A DNA stretch of 59,907 nt from Candidatus Hydrogenedentota bacterium (GCA_029974275.1 JARKSN010000246.1:1-59907); one strand, 5' to 3'. Counted from the first letter of the stretch, positions 37,998 through 48,380 are shown. The notes: generated from the sequence alone by a model not told the origin. Made by a program: numbers and translations.

Positions 37998-39365
37998 TCA
38001 CGCGACCGCACGCCCGAACACGTCGTACGTCTCCGCGCGCGTCAGGACGACCTCCACAAAATCCCCGGGCGCGACCGGGCCCTCTGCCTCGAAAAACACC
38101 GCGCCATCCACTTCCGGAGCCTCCCCCGCGCTCCGCCCCATCCACATCGACCGGACCGCATCAAACTCCTCCACAAGCACCCGAACGCGCCGCCCCACCC
38201 GCGCCTCGTTCCGCTCGGCAGTGATCCGAGCCTGCAATTCCATCACCTCCCGCCAGCGCTTATCCCGCGTGCGCTTGCCCACCTGCTTCATCTCCGCCGC
38301 AGGCGTTCCCTCCTCCTCCGAATACGGAAACGCTCCCAGCCAATCAAAACGAAGCCGCTTCATCCCCTCCAATAAACGCCTGTGGGCCGCAGGGGTTTCA
38401 CCGGGAAAACCTGCAAGCAGGGTCGTCCGCAACACAACGCCCGGAACGTCCCGCCGAAGCCGTTCCACAAGCGCGAAGACGTCAACTTCACGGCAGGGAC
38501 GCCTCATCGCGCACAACACCTCTTCGTCCAGGTGTTGCAGCGGAATGTCCAGATACGGCGTCACCTTGGATTCCTGACGAAGCGTCTCGACCAGCGCGTC
38601 CGTGATCCCCCCCGGATAGCAATACATGCAACGCACCCAAAAATCGCCTTCCAACGCGCACAGGTCACGCAACAACTCCGGCAGACGATACCTCCGATCA
38701 CGGTCCTGCCCATACGCGGCGACATCCTGCGCGACAAGCACGAGCTCCCGCACGCCCTGATCCAGCAAACCGCGCGCCTCTCGGAGCAACGCCTCGCCGG
38801 GAACCGATCGCAGCGGCCCCTTCATCCCTGGAATAGCGCAAAACGTGCACGCATGATTGCAGCCATCGGCGATCTTCAAAAACGCATACGGTTTGTCGTC
38901 CAGCCGCTTACGCCGACTGAAGCCACACCCCTCAACCCGAGGCTCCGCCGCCACAATGTTGCGCGGCGCGCCGGCGCGCCAGAGCAGGTCGCTCAAAGAC
39001 TCCAATTGCCCCACCCCGGCAATGCCATCAATCTCCGGCATTTCGGCAAGCAGTTCCTCCGCATACCGCTGCGCCAAACAACCCGTCACGAAAAGCCGCA
39101 AACGCCCCCCCGATTCACGCTTGCGCCCCCCCCATTCCAAGATGCACGAAATGGATTGTTCCTTGGCGTCACAAATAAAACCGCAGGTGGCGATCACGAC
39201 GGCATCAAGTTCCTCAGGACCATCCAACGACGGAGACGGCACAACCTCGCAGCCGGCCTCGTCAAGAAGCCCCGCCAAGTGCTCGTTGTCGACCGTGTTC
39301 TTGTCGCAACCCAGCGTGACAATCCCGACACGCATCCGAGGCTTGTCGCCCGCCACCCTATCCAA
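37998..39365 (-). CDS. rimO: Ribosomal protein S12 methylthiotransferase
   Basis: TLGCDKNTVD, TCGFI, KIADGCNHACTFCAIP, YLDIPLQH and TRAM domain APEVDG. Start may be GTG 39356. Confidence 0.92.
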   Translation of the reverse strand: MDRVAGDKPRMRVGIVTLGCDKNTVDNEHLAGLLDEAGCEVVPSPSLDGPEELDAVVIATCGFICDAKEQSISCILEWGGRKRESGGRLRLFVTGCLAQRYAEELLAEMPEIDGIAGVGQLESLSDLLWRAGAPRNIVAAEPRVEGCGFSRRKRLDDKPYAFLKIADGCNHACTFCAIPGMKGPLRSVPGEALLREARGLLDQGVRELVLVAQDVAAYGQDRDRRYRLPELLRDLCALEGDFWVRCMYCYPGGITDALVETLRQESKVTPYLDIPLQHLDEEVLCAMRRPCREVDVFALVERLRRDVPGVVLRTTLLAGFPGETPAAHRRLLEGMKRLRFDWLGAFPYSEEEGTPAAEMKQVGKRTRDKRWREVMELQARITAERNEARVGRRVRVLVEEFDAVRSMWMGRSAGEAPEVDGAVFFEAEGPVAPGDFVEVVLTRAETYDVFGRAVA

Positions 39366-40689
39366 TGCTCACCGGACCAAACACGGGCGCGGCAAAGGAT
39401 TTGTCCCGCAGGTTCGTGGCGGGACTGAAGCCGCGGCCGTACCACAAGCGCGCGCCGGACTGCACGGAATGCGCCAGCCGGAGAAACACCTTGCTGCCAT
39501 TGGCCTTCGCCGACACAAGAGGCACGCGCGTCCCGTCCGCGTCTTCGACAAAAAAGCCCCAAACGTGGGACGAAGGCGCAAGCTTGCCGCGCACGTTTTT
39601 GTAGGTAATGCGCACTTCCATGCGCGCATCATCCTCGAAACGGACTTTATCGGGAGCCAAACCCAACGCCCCCCTCTTCTCGTATGCCAGCGCGCGCGCC
39701 AACTCCGCCAAACGCACGCCCAACCGGCGGCACGAAATCGAATCGTTATGAATCACGTCGCTCATCGTGCTGTCAATGGCCGCCGCCATGGCGACGTTGT
39801 CGATCTCCGACGCCAATTCAAGTTGCGCCTGCTGAATTTGGTTCCAAGAAACCGGCGAATTTGCAATCTCGTCCATGAAAAACCGCCCTATCTGCACATA
39901 GAGAAACGGCAACCGAGGCGAACCGAAATCACTGCGCATCGCAGCGACAAGCGCCTTCATGCGATCCTTGTACAACCGAGCCGCCTCCGGATTGGCGTCG
40001 CTCTCCCCCTGATACCAAATCACCCCCGCCACCTTGCCGCCGCAGGCATTCACCCGGCGCAGCATCGATCCATACAGAGACGCCCCGCCCTCCGATTTCT
40101 TTTGCGGATCCCATTGCTCCATGCTTGTGCCGCCATGCGAACAGACCAACAGCCCCACCGGCACGCCAGCGATCTTGCATATCTCCTTCCCGAACCGCAC
40201 GCCTATGCTCCCGCCATATTCGCGAAACGCACGGTCCTGCGCGCGCAACGCCTCGATATCGGCATCCGGCGCAGGCCAATGAACCGGATCGCGCGAATCC
40301 AACACGCGACACAAAGGATCTTTTGCCACGCCCCACGCATCGTCGTGGTAAAACGCATGCACCATCCGCGAAGGCGGTTCAAGATCGACGAGTTTCGCGC
40401 AGCCGTCCATGTTCGACTGACCCGCCATCACCCACAGATCGCCTACCAGCAACCCCGTCGCGGATTTGACGCCGCCGCCGCGCAACTCGACCTCCAACGT
40501 GTACGGTCCGCCCGCCGGAATGCCCGGAATGCTTCCTGTCGACATATGCCACGGCTTGATGATCCGCTTGCCCGCAAGAACCCTGGCCTTCACCGGAGCA
40601 TCCGTCTTGAACACAATCGCGGCGACATTGCTCTCGTTGCGCTGAAACACCCGGTTTTTCGCGGGCATCTCCAAAATCGATCCAGCCAT
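39358..40689 (-). CDS. Sialate O-acetylesterase (SASA/DUF303) family carbohydrate esterase
   Basis: GDLWVMAGQSNM, GGTSM..W, IWYQGESD and DVIH. ATG at 40689 with AAGGAG RBS. Confidence 0.85.
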   Translation of the reverse strand: MAGSILEMPAKNRVFQRNESNVAAIVFKTDAPVKARVLAGKRIIKPWHMSTGSIPGIPAGGPYTLEVELRGGGVKSATGLLVGDLWVMAGQSNMDGCAKLVDLEPPSRMVHAFYHDDAWGVAKDPLCRVLDSRDPVHWPAPDADIEALRAQDRAFREYGGSIGVRFGKEICKIAGVPVGLLVCSHGGTSMEQWDPQKKSEGGASLYGSMLRRVNACGGKVAGVIWYQGESDANPEAARLYKDRMKALVAAMRSDFGSPRLPFLYVQIGRFFMDEIANSPVSWNQIQQAQLELASEIDNVAMAAAIDSTMSDVIHNDSISCRRLGVRLAELARALAYEKRGALGLAPDKVRFEDDARMEVRITYKNVRGKLAPSSHVWGFFVEDADGTRVPLVSAKANGSKVFLRLAHSVQSGARLWYGRGFSPATNLRDKSFAAPVFGPVSIG

Positions 40690-40850
40690 AACGACTCCTT
40701 TCGCGCTATCGCGCATCATGCCTGCCGCGCCAAAGCTATATCCGGTGCGCGACGCGCCAACTCCGCGCCCAAACAAAACGCCTCCGATGCATCCGCCTGG
40801 ATGGATCGGCGAGACAGAACGGACAGCATACCAAAAACCTCCGCCGCCGC

Positions 40851-41915
40851 TCACAACGCCGAATCGATGAATTTCAGATTGGCCTTGGGAAACGCATAGC
40901 GCCGCAAATCGCCCCGAGCAACCCACGCAAGCGCTGTATGCCCAAGAGGGCGAGGCGTCCCAGATGCGATCACGCAGCGATACACATGCAACGTCACGCG
41001 GAAATGCGAGTAGGCATGACGCACCGTGGCGATGCATGCGCCTACGCGAACCGCCACGCCCAATTCCTCCCGCAGTTCGCGTCTCAATGCCGCCTCGCGA
41101 TCCTCGCCAGGAGCGACCTTGCCTCCGGGAAACTCCCATAGCCCCCCCAGCAAACCGCCCGCGGGCCGCTTGCCAATGAGATAGCGCCCTCGCCTGCATA
41201 TCACGCCGACAACAACGTCATAATGAGGAACCATCTTCTTCGGCGCACGAACCGGACGGTCTTCCTGCGTCCCCATGCGCCGCGCCGCACAAAACGCGCG
41301 AACAGGACAAGCGTCACATCGCGGTCCGCGCGGCAAACACGTCACCGCGCCCAGTTCCATCATGGCCTGATTGAAATCGCCCGGAGACGCAGGCGAAAGA
41401 AGCTCCTCCGCAAAACCCCACAGCCGCTTGCGCACGGACGGAGCGTCGGAACACGCAGCAATATCGAAAAGACGCGTCAATACGCGGATTACATTGCCAT
41501 CGAGCACCGCGACGCGCTCGCCAAAAGCAATGCTGGCGACCGCCGCCGCCGTATACGGCCCCACGCCCGGCAACATCCTCCATTCCGCGGAAGTCACAGG
41601 GAAAACGCCGCCGCGATCATGCACAATCAGCCGCGCCGCCTTGTGCAAATTGCGCGCCCGCGTATAGTAGCCAAGACCTTCCCATTGCTTGAGCACAGCA
41701 TCCAACGGAGCCGCCGCCAAGGCCTCGACGGTCGGAAACGCCGCCGCAAAACGCTCGTAATAGGGCATTCCCTGCCGCACCCGCGTTTGCTGCAAGAGAA
41801 TTTCAGATAACCACACGGCATACGGATCGCGCGTGCGCCGCCACGGCAAATCGCGCGCATTCTTGCGAAACCACGCCAGCAACGCGCGTCGAAAACGGGC
41901 AAGGTCCTCCATCAC
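40851..41915 (-). CDS. mutY: A/G-specific adenine glycosylase with C-terminal Nudix domain
   Basis: RDLPWR, SEILLQQTRV, WEGLGYY.RARNL, HhH LPGVGPYTA, LDGNV.RV and FeS motif C-x6-C-x2-C-x5-C. Confidence 0.95.
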   Translation of the reverse strand: MMEDLARFRRALLAWFRKNARDLPWRRTRDPYAVWLSEILLQQTRVRQGMPYYERFAAAFPTVEALAAAPLDAVLKQWEGLGYYTRARNLHKAARLIVHDRGGVFPVTSAEWRMLPGVGPYTAAAVASIAFGERVAVLDGNVIRVLTRLFDIAACSDAPSVRKRLWGFAEELLSPASPGDFNQAMMELGAVTCLPRGPRCDACPVRAFCAARRMGTQEDRPVRAPKKMVPHYDVVVGVICRRGRYLIGKRPAGGLLGGLWEFPGGKVAPGEDREAALRRELREELGVAVRVGACIATVRHAYSHFRVTLHVYRCVIASGTPRPLGHTALAWVARGDLRRYAFPKANLKFIDSAL

Positions 41916-42949
41916 ATCCGTTCAACCGTCGAAACCGCGCGCCCAGACGCAGCGGCGTCATAGATGGCCTGAATCACCTGCATGTAGCGAAGACCGTCTT
42001 CAAAACTCGGATGATAATCCTTGCCCTCGCGAATCGCGTCGATAAAATCCTGCTCCACGCGCCACTGCCGCACATCATACGCTTCGCCCGGCTCGAGGAT
42101 CACCGGATCCCAAGCGCCATCCATCCCGGCAAGGAAAAGCCTGTCCAGACCGACATCGTAACGCAGCGTCCCCTTGGATCCGTAGATTTCAACCCGATCC
42201 TCGCCGTGTAAAACGCACGTGCTGATGACGCACTCCACAGGAACGCCCGTCTCCAACGTCGCAAGAAACATCACCTGATCAGGAATCCGCACCGGAAAAC
42301 GCGCCCCCAAGGCGTCCGCCCGATCCAGAGTGAACGTCTGCATCGTCGCGACCAGATCGCGCGTCCACCCAAACCAGCGATGAATCAGCTCGATATACAT
42401 GCCGAGCGAACCCATGTTGAGCCCCGAAAGACGATGATCCTTGCGCCAATTCATCGGCGCAGCGGAATCCGCATACGCATCCGACATGCCCTGCGCCCGC
42501 ACAAGACGCACCGCGCCTATCGCATCATCGCGCAACAAACGCGCAACCGTCGCATCCACACTGAGGCCGAAAGGAACCGGGCACACCATCGCCACGCGCC
42601 CCGAACGACGCGCAGCATCGCACATGGCGCGCGCATCGTCGAAATCCATCGCCAAGCGCGCCTGGCAAAACACGTGCTTGCCCTGTTCCAACGCGGCCAC
42701 CGAAACAGGCCTGTGCATATAGGGCCACGTGCCGACAAACACTGCGTCGAGATCGTCGCGGGCGACAAGTTCTTCCCACGAAGAACAAATATCCGGGATG
42801 CCGAACTCCCGCGCCGCCCGCTCCGAGGACTCCCGGGTGCGATTGGAAACCGCAACAACCTCAACCCCTTCGATGCGCCGCAAGCCAGGCATATGCCGCG
42901 ACCGCGCAATGCCGCCCAGCCCCACGAATCCGATGCGCAGCCTCCGCAT
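41912..42949 (-). CDS. Gfo/Idh/MocA family oxidoreductase
   Basis: IGFVGLGGIA, DLDAVFVGT and GKHVFCQ (the usual EKP is replaced by QAR). Confidence 0.85.
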   Translation of the reverse strand: MRRLRIGFVGLGGIARSRHMPGLRRIEGVEVVAVSNRTRESSERAAREFGIPDICSSWEELVARDDLDAVFVGTWPYMHRPVSVAALEQGKHVFCQARLAMDFDDARAMCDAARRSGRVAMVCPVPFGLSVDATVARLLRDDAIGAVRLVRAQGMSDAYADSAAPMNWRKDHRLSGLNMGSLGMYIELIHRWFGWTRDLVATMQTFTLDRADALGARFPVRIPDQVMFLATLETGVPVECVISTCVLHGEDRVEIYGSKGTLRYDVGLDRLFLAGMDGAWDPVILEPGEAYDVRQWRVEQDFIDAIREGKDYHPSFEDGLRYMQVIQAIYDAAASGRAVSTVERM

Positions 42950-42963
42950 GCCGTCTCCTCTCG

Positions 42964-43266
42964 CTATCCCCCCGGAAGGGTGATCCGACGATCCGCCTCA
43001 TCCTCGTTCTGACGATAGAGGATGACAATGTTGCCGATGATGCCGACAATATGGGCGCCCGTGCCTTCTTCGATCCGCTGCGCCAATTCCTCGCGCTCGT
43101 CCTTGAAATCGTTGAACTTCACCTTGATAAGCTCGTGCGCGCCGAGAGCCTGACTCGCGGCCTCGATCAGGCTGTCCGAGACGCCCTGCTTGCCCACCAA
43201 AACCATGGGCTGCAACGAATGCGCCAAACCCCGCAGGTATTTGCGCTGCGCGCCGGTCAACTGCAT
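42964..43266 (-). CDS. yhbY: CRM-domain RNA-binding protein YhbY
   Basis: LTGAQRKYLRGLAHSL.P...VGKQG, HELIKVK and IGNIVILYR. ATG at 43266 with AAGGAGG RBS. Confidence 0.92.
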   Translation of the reverse strand: MQLTGAQRKYLRGLAHSLQPMVLVGKQGVSDSLIEAASQALGAHELIKVKFNDFKDEREELAQRIEEGTGAHIVGIIGNIVILYRQNEDEADRRITLPGG

Positions 43267-43358
43267 ACTGCCTCCTTCTGCGCCGAAACCGCCCAGCGCA
43301 TATGCACATAACGGGACAAACCCAAGCGTTCCAACCAATCAACGCACGAAAATACGAC

Positions 43359-44081
43359 CTACAACAAATGCCGGAACGCCATGAAGGCCTCCGCTGCGTC
43401 CACCGAAACCTCACGCCCGCGCACACGAGCCGTATATTCGACATTCTGCAAACTCGAATGGTGAATGCTGTCGCGCTGTTGCGACTTGTGCATCGACAAC
43501 GCCCGTAACTTGTGCTCTACAAAATTCGATATATCGATATAAAAATTCGGATGAAACTTGTCGCGCTCCAGACTCCAAAACAACGACGTATTGTCATACC
43601 CCAACACCAACGGCTGAAACGGCTTTATCGACGGAACCCCTGGGCGCGCCGCCGTCCACGCCGCGCGAAATACAGCCTCGTGATCCTGGTTATAGGACGA
43701 AACCGGAATCGCCAACATCGTCGGGCGAATACGGTCCAACGCCAGCTTGCTCTCCCGTTCCAACTTTCCGACAAGCTCGCGCCGCGGAATCGTGTCCAGC
43801 CGAAGATGCAGTTCCGACTCGCGATACAAAATATCCCAATCATCCACGCCGAGAAATCGCATCACCTGCTCAAACTCCCCGGCTCTGTTCTCGGCGGTGA
43901 CAATGCCCTCTTTTCCATCGTAATGCTTGAGGTCCCCCACCGAACATACAAGGCAATACACCTCGCCGCCCAAGCTCTTGATCCGCGCCATCGTTCCCGC
44001 GCACCCAAAACACTCATCGTCCGCATGCGGCGCAATCACCAACAAACGCTGACTGGCAAGATAAGCATCTTGTGCCGTCAC
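43359..44081 (-). CDS. PIG-L/LmbE family deacetylase
   Basis: VIAPHADDECFG, NQDH, YIDIS and K..ALSMHKSQ. GTG at 44081 with GAGGAG RBS. Confidence 0.88.
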   Translation of the reverse strand: MTAQDAYLASQRLLVIAPHADDECFGCAGTMARIKSLGGEVYCLVCSVGDLKHYDGKEGIVTAENRAGEFEQVMRFLGVDDWDILYRESELHLRLDTIPRRELVGKLERESKLALDRIRPTMLAIPVSSYNQDHEAVFRAAWTAARPGVPSIKPFQPLVLGYDNTSLFWSLERDKFHPNFYIDISNFVEHKLRALSMHKSQQRDSIHHSSLQNVEYTARVRGREVSVDAAEAFMAFRHLL

Positions 44082-44234
44082 AATGGATCTCCTCAACATT
44101 CCGGTTACAAACCCCGCCGTCATTGCGACCGTAGCAAAACAAAGGGCCTACCGTTTTTTCGACAGAACCTACAGAATGAGGAAAAACTGTTCTCGCCCCT
44201 TCCTCAATCCTGTCGAAACGCTTCCTTCCATCGC

Positions 44235-45395
44235 TCACAGCGACTTCGCGCGTATCAATTCCTCATACAACGACTCAATCTTCCGCACCATCGTCTCGAT
44301 GCCATACCGGGGCGCAACGTGACCGCGCGCTGCCATACCCATCCGATGGCGCAGGCCGGCGTCCTGCACAAGCCCAAGGATGTTGCACGCCAACGCCTGC
44401 GCATTGCGCGGCGGCGTCAGCAACCCCGTTACGCCATCGTGCACAATATTCGGCACGCCGCCCACTGCCGTCGCAACAGCAGGCACGCCCGCCGCGCCGC
44501 ATTCCAACAGCACGCGCCCCATCCCCTCATTGATCGACGGCAACACGAAAATATCCAGCGCGGCAAGCACGTCCGGCAGATCATCGCGAAACCCCAGAAA
44601 ACGAAATCGATCGCCCATGTCCGCCGCCTGCGCGCGCAATACGCGCTCCAACGGACCCCGCCCCGCCAACAGCATGCGCGCATGCGGCGCCTGGACGCAC
44701 ACAAGCCGCGCCGCCTCGACAAAATACGCAAAACCCTTCACCGGTTCAAGACGCCCCGCCGCCCCAATCAGCGCCTCATCGCGCCCATACCCCAACGCCG
44801 CGCGCATCGCATCGCGATTACGAATTGCGGCCTCGAAAGGCTCCATATCTATCCCGCTGAAAATATCCACATATTGATCGGGCCGCCCGATTCTCTCCGC
44901 CAAGTGCTCCTCGACGCCCTGCGGCGTCAGCGCGATGATCCGGTCCGTCCATTTCGCCGCCCGACGCTCCAGCCGCACAAACAGACGCGTCAAAGGAACC
45001 GGGAAATAGCCGTCAAACACATGCCCATGCGGCGTGTGCACGACAATCGGCGTTCCCGCCCTTGCCGCCGCCCAACGCCCCAAATAACCGGCTTTCGACG
45101 TATGCGTATGAACAATGTCATAACGGCCCTTCCGAATAAGCCGCTCAAGTTGATGCAACGCGCGCACATCGCGCCACGGAACCAACGGACGAACCAAATC
45201 CGGAACCCGCACAATACCAACGCCATACGACGCGGCCTTATCCTCGATGCTCGCCTCGCCGCCTACAATCCGCCCGCACAACAGATCAACCTCGTACCGG
45301 CCGCGGTCATGCAAACGCGCCGTATGCAACGTATTTTCCTGCGCGCCGCCCTGGCATAAACGGGTGATGATATGCGCGACGCGAATACGCCTCAT
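44235..45395 (-). CDS. GT4 glycosyltransferase
   Basis: HIITRL..GGAQ, VHTHTSKAG, GRLEPVKG and PSINEGMGRVLLE. Confidence 0.9.
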   Translation of the reverse strand: MRRIRVAHIITRLCQGGAQENTLHTARLHDRGRYEVDLLCGRIVGGEASIEDKAASYGVGIVRVPDLVRPLVPWRDVRALHQLERLIRKGRYDIVHTHTSKAGYLGRWAAARAGTPIVVHTPHGHVFDGYFPVPLTRLFVRLERRAAKWTDRIIALTPQGVEEHLAERIGRPDQYVDIFSGIDMEPFEAAIRNRDAMRAALGYGRDEALIGAAGRLEPVKGFAYFVEAARLVCVQAPHARMLLAGRGPLERVLRAQAADMGDRFRFLGFRDDLPDVLAALDIFVLPSINEGMGRVLLECGAAGVPAVATAVGGVPNIVHDGVTGLLTPPRNAQALACNILGLVQDAGLRHRMGMAARGHVAPRYGIETMVRKIESLYEELIRAKSL

Positions 45396-46522
45396 CGCCG
45401 CTCCCCCACCTCCGCCATCAGCCTTCTCGCAAATGCGGTCCAGTTAAGCTCTCGCGTCACGCGCGCACGGCCCGCTTCGCCCAGCCGTCGCGCCAAGGCA
45501 GAGTCGGTCAACACGCGCACCACCGCATCCGCAACCGCATCGGCGTCGGTCGGATCGACGAGCAATCCGGTCTCCCCATCGGCGACGGCATCGCACACCC
45601 CCCCCGAACGTCCCGCCACAACAGGCTTGGCATACGCCTGCGCCTCCGCAAAAACAAGACCGAATCCCTCCACCTGCCCCCCCTCGCCCTGCCCCGTCGG
45701 CAACGCAAATACGTCGCAAATCGCATACAGCGCCGCAATCTCCTCATCGGACAAACGCCCTGGAAACACCGCATGATCGCGCACGCCCAACGCATTGGCC
45801 AAACGCGCCGCCTTGTGCAACATCGGCCCTTGTCCAACCATGACCAACACCGCATCCGGAACCTGCGCCAAAATTTTCGGCAACGCCGCAACAAGCGTCA
45901 CGTGACCCTTGCGGCGGACAAAACGCCCCACGGCGAGGACAACGCGACGGCCCTCGAGCACATACCGGTGTCGCATCGCATTCAGCGCGTCTTGTTCGAA
46001 CGCAATTGGCCTTGGCGCTCCGGGCAGGACAAGCGCGACATGGCCGCGCGCGACGCCAAACGACTCCAGAGCATCGCGCGTGAACCGGCTGATGGCGATC
46101 GTCACGCACGACTTCCGGTACAAAAGCCGCAACAGACCCGGCAAAGGCCATGCGTGCGCAAACTTCATGAACTCGTAGGCATAGGCAAAAGTCACATAGG
46201 GCACGCCATACACGACGCGCCCCAGCAATCCAAGCAGGCCGCCGTAGGCGATATTGATGGCCAACGCCACATCATGCCGCCGCACGCGAGGCCACGCATA
46301 CAACAAAAAAGGAAGCGCGCGCAGCCATCCAAGGCCATAACCGCGAAATCGGATCACGCGCATGGGCTGCGCCTCGTCGAATTCTTCCTGCCCGGGGAAA
46401 TAGGGCGCCACGACCGTCACTTCGTGCCCAAGCTCACAAAGCTCGAGCGCGGTCTGATACGCGACCGTGCTGATCCCCCCTTCGATAGGCGGGAAATCCA
46501 CGGTAGGGATCAGCACCCTCAC
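45392..46522 (-). CDS. GT4 glycosyltransferase
   Basis: DFPPIEGGI, VGRFVRRKG, EGFGLVFAEA and GRSGGVCDAV. Confidence 0.9.
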   Translation of the reverse strand: MRVLIPTVDFPPIEGGISTVAYQTALELCELGHEVTVVAPYFPGQEEFDEAQPMRVIRFRGYGLGWLRALPFLLYAWPRVRRHDVALAINIAYGGLLGLLGRVVYGVPYVTFAYAYEFMKFAHAWPLPGLLRLLYRKSCVTIAISRFTRDALESFGVARGHVALVLPGAPRPIAFEQDALNAMRHRYVLEGRRVVLAVGRFVRRKGHVTLVAALPKILAQVPDAVLVMVGQGPMLHKAARLANALGVRDHAVFPGRLSDEEIAALYAICDVFALPTGQGEGGQVEGFGLVFAEAQAYAKPVVAGRSGGVCDAVADGETGLLVDPTDADAVADAVVRVLTDSALARRLGEAGRARVTRELNWTAFARRLMAEVGERR

Positions 46523-48207
46523 CGCTTGACCACCACGCAGCCGCCCATGACAAGCGCATCCATTCCCGTGCTATAAAAGCAGCGAACCGCGTCCGCGGGC
46601 GTATGCACGATCGGCTCCCCCATTACGTTGAACGACGTGTTCAGCACCATGGGCACGCCGCGACGGCGCTCGAAGGCCTCGATCAACCGGTAATACAGCG
46701 GGTCCGCATCGCGCGACACCGTTTGCACGCGCGCCGTGCCGTCGATATGCGTGATCGCCGGAACCTTGCTCCGCTGCTCCGGCTTGACCGGATGCACAAA
46801 CAACATAAACGGCGAAGACGCGCACCCCTCGAAAAACTCGCCCGCGCGTTCCTCCAAACAACTCGGCGCAAAAGGCCGGAATTCCTCGCGATGCTTCACG
46901 CACTTGTTGATGAGGTCTTTCATGTCGGGCCTCGTCGGATCCGCAAGAATGCTCCGCCCGCCCAATGCACGCGGCCCGAACTCCATGCGCCCCTGATACC
47001 ATCCAACGATGCGCCCCTCGGCAAGCAGATCCGCCGCGCGCTCCACAACGTCCTGCGGCCGTTCATACGGAATCTTCGTCATATCCAAAAACTCGCGAAT
47101 GGCCGCGTCGCCAAATTCAGGTCCAAGACGCGCCGAATTCATGACGTAACTGCGCGGCGCGCCCGTCATCGCATGGTGCAACTGAAACGCGGCGCCGATA
47201 GCGATGCCGTCATCGCCCGCCGCAGGCTGCACGAAAATGCGTTCAAACGGCCCCTCACGCAGGAGCCGCCCATTCATCGAACAATTCAGCGCGACGCCGC
47301 CCGCCATACACAGGTCCTTGAGTCCAGTTTCCTTATGCAGCGAATGTGCAAGCGCGAGCACGCTTTCTTCTAGCACCGTCTGCACGGACGCCGCGATATT
47401 TTGGTGGCGCGTCTCAATGGGCTCGCCCTTCTTACGCGGCGGTCCAAAGCGGTCGATGAACTTCTTCGAGAAATATCCGCACCGCGACCCCGGCAGGTAA
47501 TGACATGCCAACCAGGACAGGTCGATCGAGTAGCTCCCATTCGATTGAGCGCGAATGATCCTGCGGAATTCGTCGAGATACTCCGGCTCACCATAGGACG
47601 CCAGGCCCATCACCTTATATTCGTCGGACGCGCGCCGAAAACCGAGGTAGTCCGTGATCGCGGTATAGAAAACGCCCAACGAATTGGGATAGCGCTCCGC
47701 GAACAGCCTGCGAATGCGCGTCCCCTCCCCCATGCCCGCCCAGGTGACGTCCCACTCCCCGATGTAATCAATCGTGAGCAATGCAGCCTTCTCAAAAGGA
47801 CTCACCAGGAACGCGCTGGCCGCGTGCGCGGGGTGATGCTCCATGAAATGCAAGCGCGTCTTCTTGCCGCACAACGCCTTCATGCCAAACACGTATTGCG
47901 CGTTGTGCGCGACCTCGTACGCCATATAGGACGCTGCATATCGAGGGCTTTGGAAAAACGTGGAAAGACGATAGGGCAACCGTTTCAATAAACGCTGCCC
48001 CGGACGCATATAGCAGCCGATATAATCCACATCGTCGGCTGACAACCCTGCGGCATCGAGACAATACTGCACCGCCAGACGCGGCACGCCCCCCTGATGT
48101 TTCACGCGCGACAGTCGCTCTTCCGCAACCGCCGCCGCCAACACGCCATCGCACACCAACGCCGCCGCCGAATCATGCGAATAGCCGCCAATCCCCAAAA
48201 TATTCAT
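46519..48207 (-). CDS. NodU/CmcH family carbamoyltransferase
   Basis: HDSAAAL, EERLSRVKH, EHHPAHAASAF, EYKVMGLA, AGGVALN, EFGPRALG.RSILADP and LNTSFN. Confidence 0.93.
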   Translation of the reverse strand: MNILGIGGYSHDSAAALVCDGVLAAAVAEERLSRVKHQGGVPRLAVQYCLDAAGLSADDVDYIGCYMRPGQRLLKRLPYRLSTFFQSPRYAASYMAYEVAHNAQYVFGMKALCGKKTRLHFMEHHPAHAASAFLVSPFEKAALLTIDYIGEWDVTWAGMGEGTRIRRLFAERYPNSLGVFYTAITDYLGFRRASDEYKVMGLASYGEPEYLDEFRRIIRAQSNGSYSIDLSWLACHYLPGSRCGYFSKKFIDRFGPPRKKGEPIETRHQNIAASVQTVLEESVLALAHSLHKETGLKDLCMAGGVALNCSMNGRLLREGPFERIFVQPAAGDDGIAIGAAFQLHHAMTGAPRSYVMNSARLGPEFGDAAIREFLDMTKIPYERPQDVVERAADLLAEGRIVGWYQGRMEFGPRALGGRSILADPTRPDMKDLINKCVKHREEFRPFAPSCLEERAGEFFEGCASSPFMLFVHPVKPEQRSKVPAITHIDGTARVQTVSRDADPLYYRLIEAFERRRGVPMVLNTSFNVMGEPIVHTPADAVRCFYSTGMDALVMGGCVVVKR

Positions 48208-48308
48208 GCAGGGAAGACCCTCCCAGCCACACGAAAAAACTTCTTAAAAACACGCAACCAGCAGGCTCACTCAAAACATGCGCCCATTATGCGTCATCCG
48301 CAGCATCC

Positions 48309-48360
48309 AAACAAAAGAAACGCGCGACAAAAGCCCGCGAGAGGCTTCCGTCGCGCATTC
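48309..48360 (-). terminator. Intrinsic terminator after the ferritin gene
   Basis: Minus-strand stem AATGCGCGACGGAAGCCT / GGGCTTTTGTCGCGCGTT followed by TCTTTTGTTT. Confidence 0.7.
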
Positions 48361-48380
48361 CAAACCCCCGACAGCAATCG

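Noticed and set aside
39358..41199. Track N-terminal extensions of several ORFs (e.g. 41199, 12078, 19135, 32028, 50628, 57270)
   Set aside because: They overlap neighbouring genes or lack an RBS; downstream starts with SD sequences match the family N-termini.
38857..45359. Long plus-strand ORFs 38857..40899 and 43512..45359
   Set aside because: Antisense to well-supported rimO, SASA, PIG-L and GT4 genes; expected in GC-rich DNA with biased codon use.
43359..48207. Aminoglycoside antibiotic biosynthetic cluster
   Set aside because: No 2-deoxy-scyllo-inosose synthase, aminotransferase or resistance gene nearby; kept only as an enzyme-class analogy.
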